Of a stretch of 64,000 nucleotides of DNA, positions 31,387-41,326 are shown one piece after another. The notes beneath the pieces were generated by a model that was given only the letters and a program-made list of their open reading frames with translations, did not search any database and was not told the DNA's origin. Source of the stretch: an uncultured Gemmatimonadaceae bacterium (lineage in GTDB: Bacteria > Gemmatimonadota > Gemmatimonadetes > Gemmatimonadales > Gemmatimonadaceae); NCBI GenBank assembly GCA_963761305.1, contig CAVXGK010000002.1:1920001-1984000 (forward strand), read 5' to 3'. Numbering within the stretch: position 1 is the first letter of the stretch; every line of letters begins with the position of its first letter. The translations under genes were made by a program, and so were the position numbers.

Positions 31387-32787
31387 CTACGGCCGGCGCG
31401 GACCTTCCATCGTCCCGCCGCCCTGCACGAGCCGCATCTTCGCGACCTTGCCGTTCTCGCTGATGAACGTGACCCGCAGCGACGGATCGAACGACGCGCC
31501 GAACGTCATGTCGCCGGCATAGATGAGAGGGAACTTCCCCTGCCCCGGCCCTTCAGCCTGCGTCATCACCTGCCCGTTCTCGACCATGATGCGCACGACG
31601 AACGTGCCACCGTTGCCGGCAGCGAGCTCGTACACGCCCGGGAGCTGGTCGCGCACGTCGGCCGGCAACGGCATGGCGACGACCGCCTTGGGCGGCTGAA
31701 CGAGCGGCATGCCGAACACCGCGCGCGCGACGTTGAGCAGGAGCCCGTCGGGGCCCGCATCCGCATTGCTGAAGACCACGACGTTTACGCTGTCGTCGGG
31801 GAACCACATGCTCGCCGTCGTGAAACCGTTGATGCCGCCATTGTGGCCGATCGATCGATGCGTACCGACGCTCCCGATCGAGAGCCCAAATCCATACGAG
31901 AATCGCCTACCGCTGTTCAAGGTATCAGGCGTCGTCATGAGGGCGAATGACTTCGCGTTGACGACGCGGCCGCCGGCGAGCGCACGCTGCCAGATCACGA
32001 GATCCCGCACCGTCGAACAAAGCGCGCCCGCCGACAGGGGCTGCGACATGCTGAGATATTCAGCCGGCTTCGCGCTGCCAGTTTCTGTCGAGTATCCGTC
32101 GGCGAACGACGGATCGGTCGGGTGATTCACGCAGTAGCTCGTCTGCCTGAGCCCGAGCGGCGTGAAGAACTCGTGTTGGACATACGTCGCGTACGACTCG
32201 CCCGTGACCTTCTCGATGATCATGCCGAGCAGCACGAAGCCGGTGTTGGAGTACGACCACGCATCGCCCGGCTTGAAGTCCAGCGAGTCGTGGTCGACGA
32301 ACGCGACGATCTGCCGCGGCGTCATCTCCTCGGCCCAGCGCGGTCGCCACGCCGGTTCGGCCGTGTAGTTGTGGATGCCCGACGTGTGATTGAGAAGCCG
32401 GCGAATGGTGATCGTCTGGCCGTGCGTCGGCACATCCGGCAGATACTTCGACATCGGGTCGTCGATCGACAACTTGCCGCGCTCGGCGAGCCGCATGATC
32501 GCCGCGGCGGTGAATTGTTTGGTGATTGAGCCGATGCGATAGACGGTGGACGCTGTCGCGGCGCGACGTGCTTCGACGCTGGCGTCGCCGTAGCCCTTCA
32601 TCACCAGCGTGTCGGGGCCGCGGAGGACGGCGATGGAAACGGCCGGCGTGTGCGTCCTGGCGATGAACGCGCTCGCCAGAGAATCGACGCGGCCGATGAC
32701 GTCGGCGCGTGACGGCTGCTGTGCCCGCGCGGCGAACGGCAAGAACCACAACCCCAGCGATGCAGCGGCGAAGAAGCGGACTCGCAT
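31387..32787 (-). CDS. Secreted serine hydrolase (class C beta-lactamase/DD-peptidase family) with C-terminal domain
   Basis: GSITKQF, LLNHTSG, WSYSN, GHNGGING; GAGGAG upstream of MRVRFF. Confidence 0.9.
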   Translation of the reverse strand: MRVRFFAAASLGLWFLPFAARAQQPSRADVIGRVDSLASAFIARTHTPAVSIAVLRGPDTLVMKGYGDASVEARRAATASTVYRIGSITKQFTAAAIMRLAERGKLSIDDPMSKYLPDVPTHGQTITIRRLLNHTSGIHNYTAEPAWRPRWAEEMTPRQIVAFVDHDSLDFKPGDAWSYSNTGFVLLGMIIEKVTGESYATYVQHEFFTPLGLRQTSYCVNHPTDPSFADGYSTETGSAKPAEYLSMSQPLSAGALCSTVRDLVIWQRALAGGRVVNAKSFALMTTPDTLNSGRRFSYGFGLSIGSVGTHRSIGHNGGINGFTTASMWFPDDSVNVVVFSNADAGPDGLLLNVARAVFGMPLVQPPKAVVAMPLPADVRDQLPGVYELAAGNGGTFVVRIMVENGQVMTQAEGPGQGKFPLIYAGDMTFGASFDPSLRVTFISENGKVAKMRLVQGGGTMEGPRRP

Positions 32788-32882
32788 GGCGGGCGTCTCC
32801 TCAGGCTTGTCCCGGTGAAAGGCACCGCCCTCGACAATGAATCGGGGCGGTCCGCCGGGCAAGGGGCCGAGTCAGCCTTTGG

Positions 32883-33587
32883 TCAGGGCGACGTGCGATG
32901 CACCGCGTGTGCGTGGCCGCGCAGCATGCCTGGACCGACGCGCAGGTTGTGACTCAACGCGTCGGGCACGACGAGCCAGAGCATCGTTCCGATCAGCGCG
33001 TGGGCCAGCGCCAGAAAGAAGAGGTTGCGATGCCGCTGATACGCCACCGCCGCGATCGCGCCGCCGATCAGGGTCACCACCATCAGCAGCGGGTTGGGCA
33101 GGTGCGCGGCGGCGAACATCGCGCCGGCCATCGGAGCCACGAGAAATTGGTATCTCGTGTCGAACGACGCCCGCAGCCGATTCACGAAGTAGCCGTTCAA
33201 CAAATACTGCTGAAACAGTGCCCAGAAGCAGTAGCCGACGAGCACGCCCGCCACCCGCCACACCGCCACGTGACGCACCGTATCGAACGCGAAGCCGAGC
33301 GTCGTCCCGATCACGGCGACGAGGAACACGGGGATCGCGAAACGGCGCGCACACTCGACGAACCCTTCGCTGCGCAGTCCGAGCGCGGACGGCGACTCGC
33401 CGCGGACGGCGTGCGAGGCCAGCACGATGGCCAACAGGATCATCCACGACGAGTGCGCCAGCGCCTGGAAGTACCAGATGTACGACAGCAGGAGAACGAA
33501 GACCGCCCCTGCCTCGAGTGCGTGGACCTTCGGGCCGATCGGCTGGACCGCCGATCGGATGGCCACGGATGGAGACCGCACCTGCAT
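32883..33587 (-). CDS. CPBP/Abi-family membrane protein with degenerate motif (QQ in place of EE)
   Basis: WALFQQYLLNG, FAAAHLPN, LALAHALIG. Confidence 0.7.
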   Translation of the reverse strand: MQVRSPSVAIRSAVQPIGPKVHALEAGAVFVLLLSYIWYFQALAHSSWMILLAIVLASHAVRGESPSALGLRSEGFVECARRFAIPVFLVAVIGTTLGFAFDTVRHVAVWRVAGVLVGYCFWALFQQYLLNGYFVNRLRASFDTRYQFLVAPMAGAMFAAAHLPNPLLMVVTLIGGAIAAVAYQRHRNLFFLALAHALIGTMLWLVVPDALSHNLRVGPGMLRGHAHAVHRTSP

Positions 33588-33624
33588 CGCTGCTGCTCCT
33601 GAACTTCAAAGACCGAAACCGACG

Positions 33625-34608
33625 TCACGCGCGCAACAGAATCACCCAGACCGCGTCCACCAGAGCGTGTGTGATCGCGGACGCGGTCACCTTTCCCGTG
33701 CGAAGGTACACCCAGCCGTAGGCGAGGCCGGCAATCGTCGCCAACGCCGCGTAGCGCGGGTCGGGGAGATGCGACAACCCGAAGATCACCGAGGCAATCG
33801 CGAGGCCCAGCGGAACGCCGAGCCAGCGCGATAAGAGATTCTGAATGAGGCCGCGGAAGAGAAACTCTTCCGGCACGGCCGTGACGAGATAGGTGACGAT
33901 CGGCCGCAGCACGACGCCGGGCATCGCCACACGGGGATTCCACGTGATGAAATGCGTCGAGAAACCGATCGGGAGCGCGATGGCCGCGTAGGCGACGAAC
34001 ACGAACACCGCCATGCCGGCGTCGCGCGCCCTGAGCGACCAGCGGTAGCCGATGCCCTCGAGCGGGCGTGCGACGAGAAAGAAGTAGAGGCCGGCCACGA
34101 GCCCCACGAGTCGCGACGCGTCGTACCCACTGGGCGCGGGGATCGGCAACGACGGAAGCAGGTGGTACTTGATGGCCAACCCCAGGCTCGCCGCGGCGGC
34201 CAACTCACGCCACGGCGCCTTGCCGCGTTCGGTGACGCCGGTGGCGAGAATGAGTGATGGAACGGCGAGATAGACTCCGTACGAGAGCGCGCGGTCTCCC
34301 ACCGAGAGGCCGGCCGCGGCCGCATAGAGCACACACGCCATCCAGAGCACCGCAGGCCCGGCGACGATGCGAACGAACGGCCGAGCCAATGCATCGCTGA
34401 GGCGAGTCGCGACTTGGGGCACGCCAAGCGCGAGATAGCCGCCCGCCAGCAGCGTGAAGAGGCCGAGCGGTAGAGGTCGGGCGAGCGACGTGCCGTGTGT
34501 GTTCGCCGTGAAATACGCGACGAGTGCCAGCCCGAACAACGCAACGGCGATCGCAGCTTCCCCGCCCCGCCTCGCCGGCGAGCGCAGGATCACTCCACCA
34601 TCAGTCAT
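33625..34608 (-). CDS. CPBP-family intramembrane glutamic endopeptidase
   Basis: VPEEFLFRG, FGLSH, ITHALVD. Confidence 0.88.
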   Translation of the reverse strand: MTDGGVILRSPARRGGEAAIAVALFGLALVAYFTANTHGTSLARPLPLGLFTLLAGGYLALGVPQVATRLSDALARPFVRIVAGPAVLWMACVLYAAAAGLSVGDRALSYGVYLAVPSLILATGVTERGKAPWRELAAAASLGLAIKYHLLPSLPIPAPSGYDASRLVGLVAGLYFFLVARPLEGIGYRWSLRARDAGMAVFVFVAYAAIALPIGFSTHFITWNPRVAMPGVVLRPIVTYLVTAVPEEFLFRGLIQNLLSRWLGVPLGLAIASVIFGLSHLPDPRYAALATIAGLAYGWVYLRTGKVTASAITHALVDAVWVILLRA

Positions 34609-34830
34609 GCGAATTCATTCCCTGCTCGAGACGCCGACGCAGTCGGCGAGCGTCGAGCTTTCAATATCCGCGCCGAATGATTCTGGCGACGCCTCTCGTA
34701 CCGATGCGCTTGGCGCAGGGTTCCCGTCGCTCTCGTGGCATGTGTCCGGTTTTTTTGCCAACCGCCGTATCCGCTCCAGACGGCGCGCCGATAGCGCCGC
34801 AAAATCCGGATCCCTCCTGCACTACGGCGA

Positions 34831-36327
34831 ATGGCAAACCCACGCAACGCTCGACCGAGCATTCCGTCCCTCCGATCAGCCGTCTCGCACGCCACACTGC
34901 TTCTGCTCGCAACGCTCGCGGCGTGCGACGAAGGGCTTACGTCCGAATCACCCGCGAGGCACGTAGACACGCAACCGCGATTCGCTTTCGCGCCCAGCCA
35001 CGCCGGTGCCGATTCGCTGCGCGCGCTCGCGTCGACGCACGGAATCGTCGCGCTCCCACCGGCGACTCACGTTCGTCCCGAGTTGGTCAAGCTCGGACGG
35101 GCGCTCGCGTTCGATCCGATCTTGAGCGGCAATCGCAACATGGCGTGCATGACGTGCCACCTGCCGGCGTTCGCGACGGGCGACGGAAAGAATCTCCCGA
35201 TCGGCGAGGGCGGCATCGGGCTGGGCCCGATCCGTTTGTTGGGACGCGGCGTGTTCATTCCGCGCAACGCCCCGCCGCTGTTCAATCTCGCCGCACTCAA
35301 TCAGCTCTTTTGGGACGGGCGCGTTTCGGTCGACGCCGCCGGCGCATTCCATACCCCGGCGAACGAACAGGTATCGCCGGCGATGGCGCAGGTGTTCGAG
35401 TTCGGCGCGGCATCGGCGATCGGCCTCTTTCCCGTCACGTCGCGCACCGAGATGCGCGGACAAAACACGATCGCGATCACCACCGCCGGAATCTTTCGCA
35501 ACGAGCTTGCGCAGATTCCGGACAGCAATTTCACCGGTATCTGGAACGCGGAAATGGCGAGGCTCGGCGCCGTTCGCGAGTACCGTCAGATGTTCGAGGC
35601 GGCGTACCCGGGAACGCCGTTCGCGTCGATGACGTTCGCGCACGCATCGAACGCGATGGCCGGGTTCTTCGTCGACCAGCTCTCGTTCCAGAACACGCCG
35701 TGGGATCGCTTCCTCGCCGGCGACGACGCGGCCCTCACGCCGCAGCAGTTCAACGGCGCCAACACGTTCATGGGCCCGATCGCCAAGTGCGCCGGCTGTC
35801 ACAACGGTCCGCTGTTCACTGATGCGAAAACTCGAAACGTCGCGCTGGCGCAATTCGGCCCCGGTGAAGGCAACGGCCCGAGCGGGAAGGACGACTTCGG
35901 ACGCATCAACGTGACCGGCGTCGCCACGGACAAGTACTCGTTCAAGACGCCGGCGCTGCGGAACGTAGAGCTCACCGGTCCGTACGGCCACGCCGGCCAA
36001 TTCGCCACGCTGCGCGGCTTCGTCGATCACTACAGCGAGTCGGACGTCAAGCTGGCCAACTACGACGTGCGCCAGATCGATCCGCTGCTTCGCAGCACGC
36101 TGCTCCCGACGACCGCCGACATTCTGGCCACGCGCTCGGGCGCGCTGAATGGCCTCGTGCTCACGACGCAGCAGATCGACGATCTCACGGCGTACCTGCT
36201 GGCGCTCACCGATCCGCGTGCGCGCGACCTGCGCGGCCTGACGCCGCTGCGCGTGCCGAGCGGACTCACGCCGCTAGGGTCACGGGTGCTCGGGCTCCCG
36301 CCGATCGAGCCCCTCGCGTCGAGGTAG
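34831..36327 (+). CDS. Di-heme cytochrome c peroxidase/MauG-family lipoprotein
   Basis: Lipobox LAAC; CMTCH and CAGCH; RNAPPLFN, FWDGR, FKTPALRNV..TGPYGHAG. Confidence 0.88.
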   Translation: MANPRNARPSIPSLRSAVSHATLLLLATLAACDEGLTSESPARHVDTQPRFAFAPSHAGADSLRALASTHGIVALPPATHVRPELVKLGRALAFDPILSGNRNMACMTCHLPAFATGDGKNLPIGEGGIGLGPIRLLGRGVFIPRNAPPLFNLAALNQLFWDGRVSVDAAGAFHTPANEQVSPAMAQVFEFGAASAIGLFPVTSRTEMRGQNTIAITTAGIFRNELAQIPDSNFTGIWNAEMARLGAVREYRQMFEAAYPGTPFASMTFAHASNAMAGFFVDQLSFQNTPWDRFLAGDDAALTPQQFNGANTFMGPIAKCAGCHNGPLFTDAKTRNVALAQFGPGEGNGPSGKDDFGRINVTGVATDKYSFKTPALRNVELTGPYGHAGQFATLRGFVDHYSESDVKLANYDVRQIDPLLRSTLLPTTADILATRSGALNGLVLTTQQIDDLTAYLLALTDPRARDLRGLTPLRVPSGLTPLGSRVLGLPPIEPLASR

Positions 36328-36392
36328 CGGCCTGGTTCGGACTCGTCGGACAGGATGCCACCGCTCGCCGAGTTGAGAGTCTCGGGAATACT

Positions 36393-36476
36393 GACACCAA
36401 CGGATTGAAACTGAGACCAAAGGAAAAAACAAATCTCCTGTTTTCTCCGTTCGTGCCTGTTCAATCCGTTTGTGTC
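36393..36476. repeat. Palindromic repeat element, GACACAAACGGA family (copy 1)
   Basis: gacaccaacggattgaa...ggaaaaaaca paired with tgttttctccgttcgtgcctgttcaatccgtttgtgtc. Confidence 0.8.
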
Positions 36477-36491
36477 TGTTTCGTCGCCGAG

Positions 36492-37062
36492 AGATCCCTT
36501 TACGACGCCGGCAGATCCCTTTACCCCGCCGGCAGATGCCTTTACGGCGCGGATACCGACCATTTCCGACTCGATAGCCGCCTTTTCGCGGCGAACGGCA
36601 TCCCTGTCCGTGCCCGCACCGAGCACTTCGCAGCGTGCAGCTTCCTTTTCCGTCCGTTTTTCCGTCGTGTCCCCAAGCTTCTCAGCCTTTCCGTCGCGTC
36701 CCCCGCCTTTCCCTCCCGTTTACCATCCTCTCCTTCCCGTTCATCGACCATTACGCGCCGCGCAGCATCCTTTCCCGCCCACGCAGCACCCATGTCCGGC
36801 CGTGCAGCGACCACCTCCGGCCGTGCATACCACTTCTCCGAGTCGATCGCCCACTCCACGCGATGCGCCGTGCATTCCACGAGCCGGTACGCGACTCCAC
36901 AGCCTCAACCGCCCATTCCACGACGTCGAAACCGGGGACGACCGCTTCACTACCGGGCAGTTCCAGCCGCTTCGCATGCAGTTCCGCGCCGTTCGCATGG
37001 TGCTCCAGACAGTTCGCACACGTCTCGACCACGGTTCGCAGCTTCACGTTCCGACAGAACAA
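36492..37062. repeat. Degenerate 21-bp-periodic tract, roughly 27 units; broken heptad-repeat ORFs on the minus strand
   Basis: agatccctttacgacgccggc / agatccctttaccccgccggc / agatgcctttacggcgcggat ... gcagttccagccgcttcgcat / gcagttccgcgccgttcgcat. Confidence 0.7.
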
Positions 37063-37132
37063 CGAACGTCGTTGGTCGAGGGAGTCTCGACCAAGAAACG
37101 TGCGTCTTCCCGTCCGCGGGAACGGTTGGACA

Positions 37133-38377
37133 TTAGTAGATGTGCAGCTTGCTCAGAAGCGCGAGCGGATCATCGATCAACGCGAACAAGTCCTTGTTGT
37201 GCTTGATCATCTTGCTGCGCATGTAGACGCGAAGCCACTGCTTGTACGTGTACAGCTCGTAGCGATCGAACATTTCCTCCACCGGCAGGTCGGACCGCGA
37301 CAGAAGAGCCGCCAAGAACATCGCGCACTCGAATCCCAGCGAGATCGACTGAAAGTAGGGCGACCCGATGGCGGAGTCCCCGAGCAGAAAGACCGGCGAT
37401 TTGGCGAACGGGTGATCGCTCGGCGCGCCCGTCCGCCGCGCGCGGCTCGTCGCGTTTCGACCCCGGTAGAGGTCCATCGGAATCCGGACGATCCCCAGAT
37501 CGCCCAAGACTTCGCCCTGCGTTTCCTGCTTGACCTTGTCGATGAAGCGATCCATCGACCGGGCAACGCCGGGAAAATGACTGCGCAGCCATTCACCGTC
37601 GAACTGCGGCGGCATCGCTGCGTAATCCTCGGCGGTGATGTTGACGATGCCCGTCACGTGGCTGACGTCGCCGTCGTAGAACGTGCGGTCGACCGCCGGA
37701 ATGAACTTGTACTCCGCGTTCTCGGCGTTCTTGTAGTACTTGCAGAATTCGTTGCACTCGTAGTGTCGCCCGTACAAGAAGGTGACGACGATGGCGTATT
37801 CGAGCCGAATGTTGAGCGTGTTGCCGCCGCCATCGGCCGCGCCCGGGCCGGGCACCAGGTGATCGCGCAAAAGAGACTTGCACCCCGTGCAATCGACGAG
37901 AATGTCTCCCGGCGCGAGCATCGCCATGGCATCGTCCGCCGTCATGACGGCCGACGTGCGGTGCACGCTCGTCGACGCACGCGTGTCGATCAGCGAGCTC
38001 AGCGAGCGCTCGATGGTGTTGAGGGGACAGAACCCCTGGGACCACTCTCGAAGGAGCGACATCAGGTCTGCGGGAATCGACTGTCTCAGCGCGAGGCTGT
38101 CGTCGAGCTCCGGCGGATCGAAGACCGCCTCGACGTTCTCCGAATCGATATAGTCGGCGCGATAACCCTCGACGGAGTTCGCAACGAGGTACGACGACAG
38201 CTTGACCATCCGCGTCCGCGTGTACTCGTGTCGCTTCTCATAGAGCGAGACCGAGAGCCCGTCGACCGATTGGAGCAACGCCGTGAGGAGGAGGCCGACG
38301 GGGCCCGCGCCGACGACGTGCACTCGACCACGAGACGGTGAGGTCTCGGAGATTGCCGTCCTTGGCAGTATGGTCAT
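37133..38377 (-). CDS. FAD-dependent oxidoreductase/monooxygenase-like protein
   Basis: VHVVGAGPVG, YEKR, LVDCTG, FLLGDS. Confidence 0.8.
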   Translation of the reverse strand: MTILPRTAISETSPSRGRVHVVGAGPVGLLLTALLQSVDGLSVSLYEKRHEYTRTRMVKLSSYLVANSVEGYRADYIDSENVEAVFDPPELDDSLALRQSIPADLMSLLREWSQGFCPLNTIERSLSSLIDTRASTSVHRTSAVMTADDAMAMLAPGDILVDCTGCKSLLRDHLVPGPGAADGGGNTLNIRLEYAIVVTFLYGRHYECNEFCKYYKNAENAEYKFIPAVDRTFYDGDVSHVTGIVNITAEDYAAMPPQFDGEWLRSHFPGVARSMDRFIDKVKQETQGEVLGDLGIVRIPMDLYRGRNATSRARRTGAPSDHPFAKSPVFLLGDSAIGSPYFQSISLGFECAMFLAALLSRSDLPVEEMFDRYELYTYKQWLRVYMRSKMIKHNKDLFALIDDPLALLSKLHIY

Positions 38378-38612
38378 TTCGCCCATTCGCTCGCGTGCGA
38401 TCGGAGTGGTCGGCAAGGGTGGAAACGTGCCGCGCGCGCGAATCGCCAGCGCCCGCGATTCGCCACGCAACGTACGCGCGGGCCAACGAGGGCGCCATGG
38501 AAGCACTGGTTCCTTGCCCGCGCGGAATAGAACGCTCCAGGTTGCATTTTTTTGGTGATGAACCGCGAATGGCAGCGCGCGATGTTTGATTCGTCACCAT
38601 CCGGGCGCTTCC

Positions 38613-39113
38613 TTGCTCTATACGATTTTCAGTCATGGCCGGGCGCTGGGCACGACCGATCTCGGTTTCATCTATCGCCCCGGCGGCTTCCGTTGCGGTT
38701 GGCTACATCCCACGCCGCTGGGCGAGCGCTACCTCCCGATCGCTGCGGGAGTGGCCCCGGCAATGCGCGCCGAGTATCTACTCGGCCCAGACCCTGCGCT
38801 GCACGCAGACGTACTCGCCGCGAACGATCAGGCCGAGGGGCTCGCCCTGGAGTTGCGGCGCGAGGATGGCGTGTTGGTCGAGACGAGCGACATCGGTGTC
38901 GTCGACACACACTACCTGCTCTCCGTCGCCGCGGTCGCCGCGCAGGAGGACGAAGACTGGGAGCTCAGCGCCGAGGACGAAGCCGAGATCGCCGAGCTCG
39001 TACCGGAGCTCAAAGAGGAACCTTGGGAGGCATCCGTCGCCCAGGAGGAACCGACGGAGCTTCCCCGCTATCAACTTCAGGTTCAGTTGATCTATCCGGC
39101 CGCGGTTCCTTGA
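38613..39113 (+). CDS. Acidic hypothetical protein (paralog of 44302..44787)
   Basis: Collinear, highly similar second copy in the window; start may be 38586. Confidence 0.75.
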   Translation: MLYTIFSHGRALGTTDLGFIYRPGGFRCGWLHPTPLGERYLPIAAGVAPAMRAEYLLGPDPALHADVLAANDQAEGLALELRREDGVLVETSDIGVVDTHYLLSVAAVAAQEDEDWELSAEDEAEIAELVPELKEEPWEASVAQEEPTELPRYQLQVQLIYPAAVP

Positions 39114-39433
39114 AGATCCGATTGACGGGGCCCGGTTCCTTGGCGAAAGTGCGAGAATGGGGGCCAGGACGCGCAGGAGTCGGGTGTTTCTCCTCGGCGC
39201 CATCGGGACGGCGAAAGTCGCGTCGTCGCGAACGTGCGATGGCCCGTGTACGCAACCGCCTCCTCGTCCGAGCACGACCGAGATGGCGTATGCGTTCGAG
39301 GCGCATGCCAACGCGGACGCCTTTTTCGGCGTCGGCGCGACGATGTTTGGCGCACTCGGTCCGGCCTCGACGCGCTACAACGCGTTCGCCGTGACGCTCG
39401 ACGTCGGGTGGTTTGGGCCGTAGGGACGGAACG

Positions 39434-39465
39434 ACAAAGGCCCCGGCGATTGCCGGGGCCTTTGT
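39434..39465. terminator. Bidirectional intrinsic terminator
   Basis: ACAAAGGCCCCGGC-GATT-GCCGGGGCCTTTGT. Confidence 0.85.
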
Positions 39466-39482
39466 GTCATCGTGCGCCGTGT

Positions 39483-40304
39483 TCAATGAACCATCGTCAA
39501 TCCGAGAATGCCCAATGCGACCGCGCCGAGGATCGCGGCGTTCCCGTTGGAGAACGTTCCGTAGTTCGACCGGTTCCAGTAGCCGTCGTCATATCCGCGT
39601 TGGAACCCTTGGCTGAAGTAGTAGCTGTAGTCGTCCGCCGGCACATAGCCACCGGTGTATCCGAAGCCGCCGCTCTCGAAATTCAACGCGCGCTGAAAGT
39701 CGGCACCTACTCCATCGCGATGGTCGTTCAATCCGGCGCGGTATCCCTGGTCATATCCCTGGTCGACGGCCTGTCGTAGGACATCCGCTCCGAACTGGTT
39801 CGTCTCCCGGTACACGCCCCGGATGTTGTACCGGTAGTCGTTCAACAGCTGGACGTCGCGAGCGCGGTCGTAGGCGCGGTTCGCCTGTACTTCCCGCTCT
39901 CGTTCGAGCTGCTCCGCCTGCTGCTGGGTCTGCCGCGCTCTCTCGAGTTGCGCCTGTTGCTGAGCCTGGCGGTTCTGCTGGTCGCGCCACTGCTCGTTCT
40001 GCTGCGCGGATCGGCGCTGATTCGGCTCCGCCGCAGCGCGTGCTTGTTCCGCGCGTGCCTGGTCGGCGCGAGCCTGGTCTTCGCGAGCTCTGTCATTCCC
40101 ACCTTGCTGAGCTTCTCCGCCGCGCCAAGCCCCGCTCTGCCTCGGCTGTGCCTGCGGCGCTGCTTGCTGGTGCTGTTGCTCCTGGCGCTGGTCCTGATGC
40201 TGATCCTGGCGCCCGCGTCGATCGTCCTGGCCGCGCTGCGCCTGTGCCGCCGTTGCCACGAAGAGCAGGGCCGCGGCTGCCGAAAGAACCTCTAAGCGTT
40301 TCAT
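39483..40304 (-). CDS. Secreted Gln/Arg-rich protein with C-terminal GY-rich domain
   Basis: Signal peptide MKRLEVL...AQA; QGYDQGYRAG and QGFQRGYDDGY. Confidence 0.75.
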   Translation of the reverse strand: MKRLEVLSAAAALLFVATAAQAQRGQDDRRGRQDQHQDQRQEQQHQQAAPQAQPRQSGAWRGGEAQQGGNDRAREDQARADQARAEQARAAAEPNQRRSAQQNEQWRDQQNRQAQQQAQLERARQTQQQAEQLEREREVQANRAYDRARDVQLLNDYRYNIRGVYRETNQFGADVLRQAVDQGYDQGYRAGLNDHRDGVGADFQRALNFESGGFGYTGGYVPADDYSYYFSQGFQRGYDDGYWNRSNYGTFSNGNAAILGAVALGILGLTMVH

Positions 40305-40528
40305 ACGCCCCCCTTTTCTCTGAATTCCTACGTCATTCAATACCCCCGAACGCGATGCACGTGCCGCGCTGAAAGCCTTCCCGCAGGGAACTTTGCCACA
40401 AGACAGCCAGCCGACAGGCCTCTACAAGCTGTCAGGGGGCTTACGTGGCACCATCGCGACGAGCATGAGCACTGCCATATTCAATATTGACAATGCCCGG
40501 CTTAGAGCCGAGCGCACAGCGACGGGCC

Positions 40529-41323
40529 TCACCCAAACGTGGCAAAGCGGCTGCCGCTGCTATACGCCCGAAGGCCGCGCTCGAACACCCACACCGCCAG
40601 GACGACGTACGCGGCGACGCCTCCCACGATCGCCATCGCAGTCCACCAAGTCGGCGCGCGAATCAATTCGGCCGGCAAATACCCAACGAAGCCCGCGGGA
40701 ATGACGGTGTACAGAATCCAGCGCATCGGCCCTGTGAAGAGCGTATCCGGGTATAACGAAAACATGAGCGTCACCTCGTACAGTTGCCGGCTCGCCGACT
40801 CCGTGCGCCCGAGCCAGAACGCGGCGCTGTGCATCAACACCGCGGTCGACACGAGGACGACGGCCCCCGCAATGCCCGCTGCGAGCACGACGGGTATGCC
40901 CAGTACGGTCACGCGGCCGGAAAGGGCGATCATGACCAATCCGCTCACGACGTCTCCCAACCCCGACGGCTGCGATCGGAGGCCGGCGGCGTAGAGCAAC
41001 GTCGGCTTCGGCTGCGCGATCAGCGCGTCGAGCTCGCCGTCGTGGATCATGCGCGCCAGGTACTGTGCACCTCCCGCGACGAAGACGGCCACACCGTTCG
41101 CCAGAGCGACGATTCCGTACAACAGCGCCACGTCTCCCAGCGCGTAGCCGCGAATCCGCGGCACGCGTGACAAGAGCACGATCCAGAACGTGAAAAAGAT
41201 CGCGTTGTTCACGGCCATCAGGATCACGCGCATGAAGAAGGCCCCGCGCTGCGCCATCGCGGATCGCACGCTGGTGCCGACGAGCGCCCTCACAAATCGC
41301 AGCGTCGGTTTCATGCTTTCCAT
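40529..41323 (-). CDS. ABC-2 type exporter permease (DUF990-like)
   Basis: IHDGELDALIAQPKP, SAAFWL, YPDTLF, G.RAYSS. Confidence 0.85.
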   Translation of the reverse strand: MESMKPTLRFVRALVGTSVRSAMAQRGAFFMRVILMAVNNAIFFTFWIVLLSRVPRIRGYALGDVALLYGIVALANGVAVFVAGGAQYLARMIHDGELDALIAQPKPTLLYAAGLRSQPSGLGDVVSGLVMIALSGRVTVLGIPVVLAAGIAGAVVLVSTAVLMHSAAFWLGRTESASRQLYEVTLMFSLYPDTLFTGPMRWILYTVIPAGFVGYLPAELIRAPTWWTAMAIVGGVAAYVVLAVWVFERGLRAYSSGSRFATFG

Positions 41324-41326
41324 CGC

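Noticed and set aside
30180..32787. True beta-lactamase resistance genes
   Set aside because: Motifs only place them in the broad serine hydrolase family; activity cannot be inferred
39157..39423. Short ORF ending NAFAVTLDVGWFGP, possibly a remnant of an outer-membrane protein
   Set aside because: Only the last ~45 residues look protein-like and there is no convincing start
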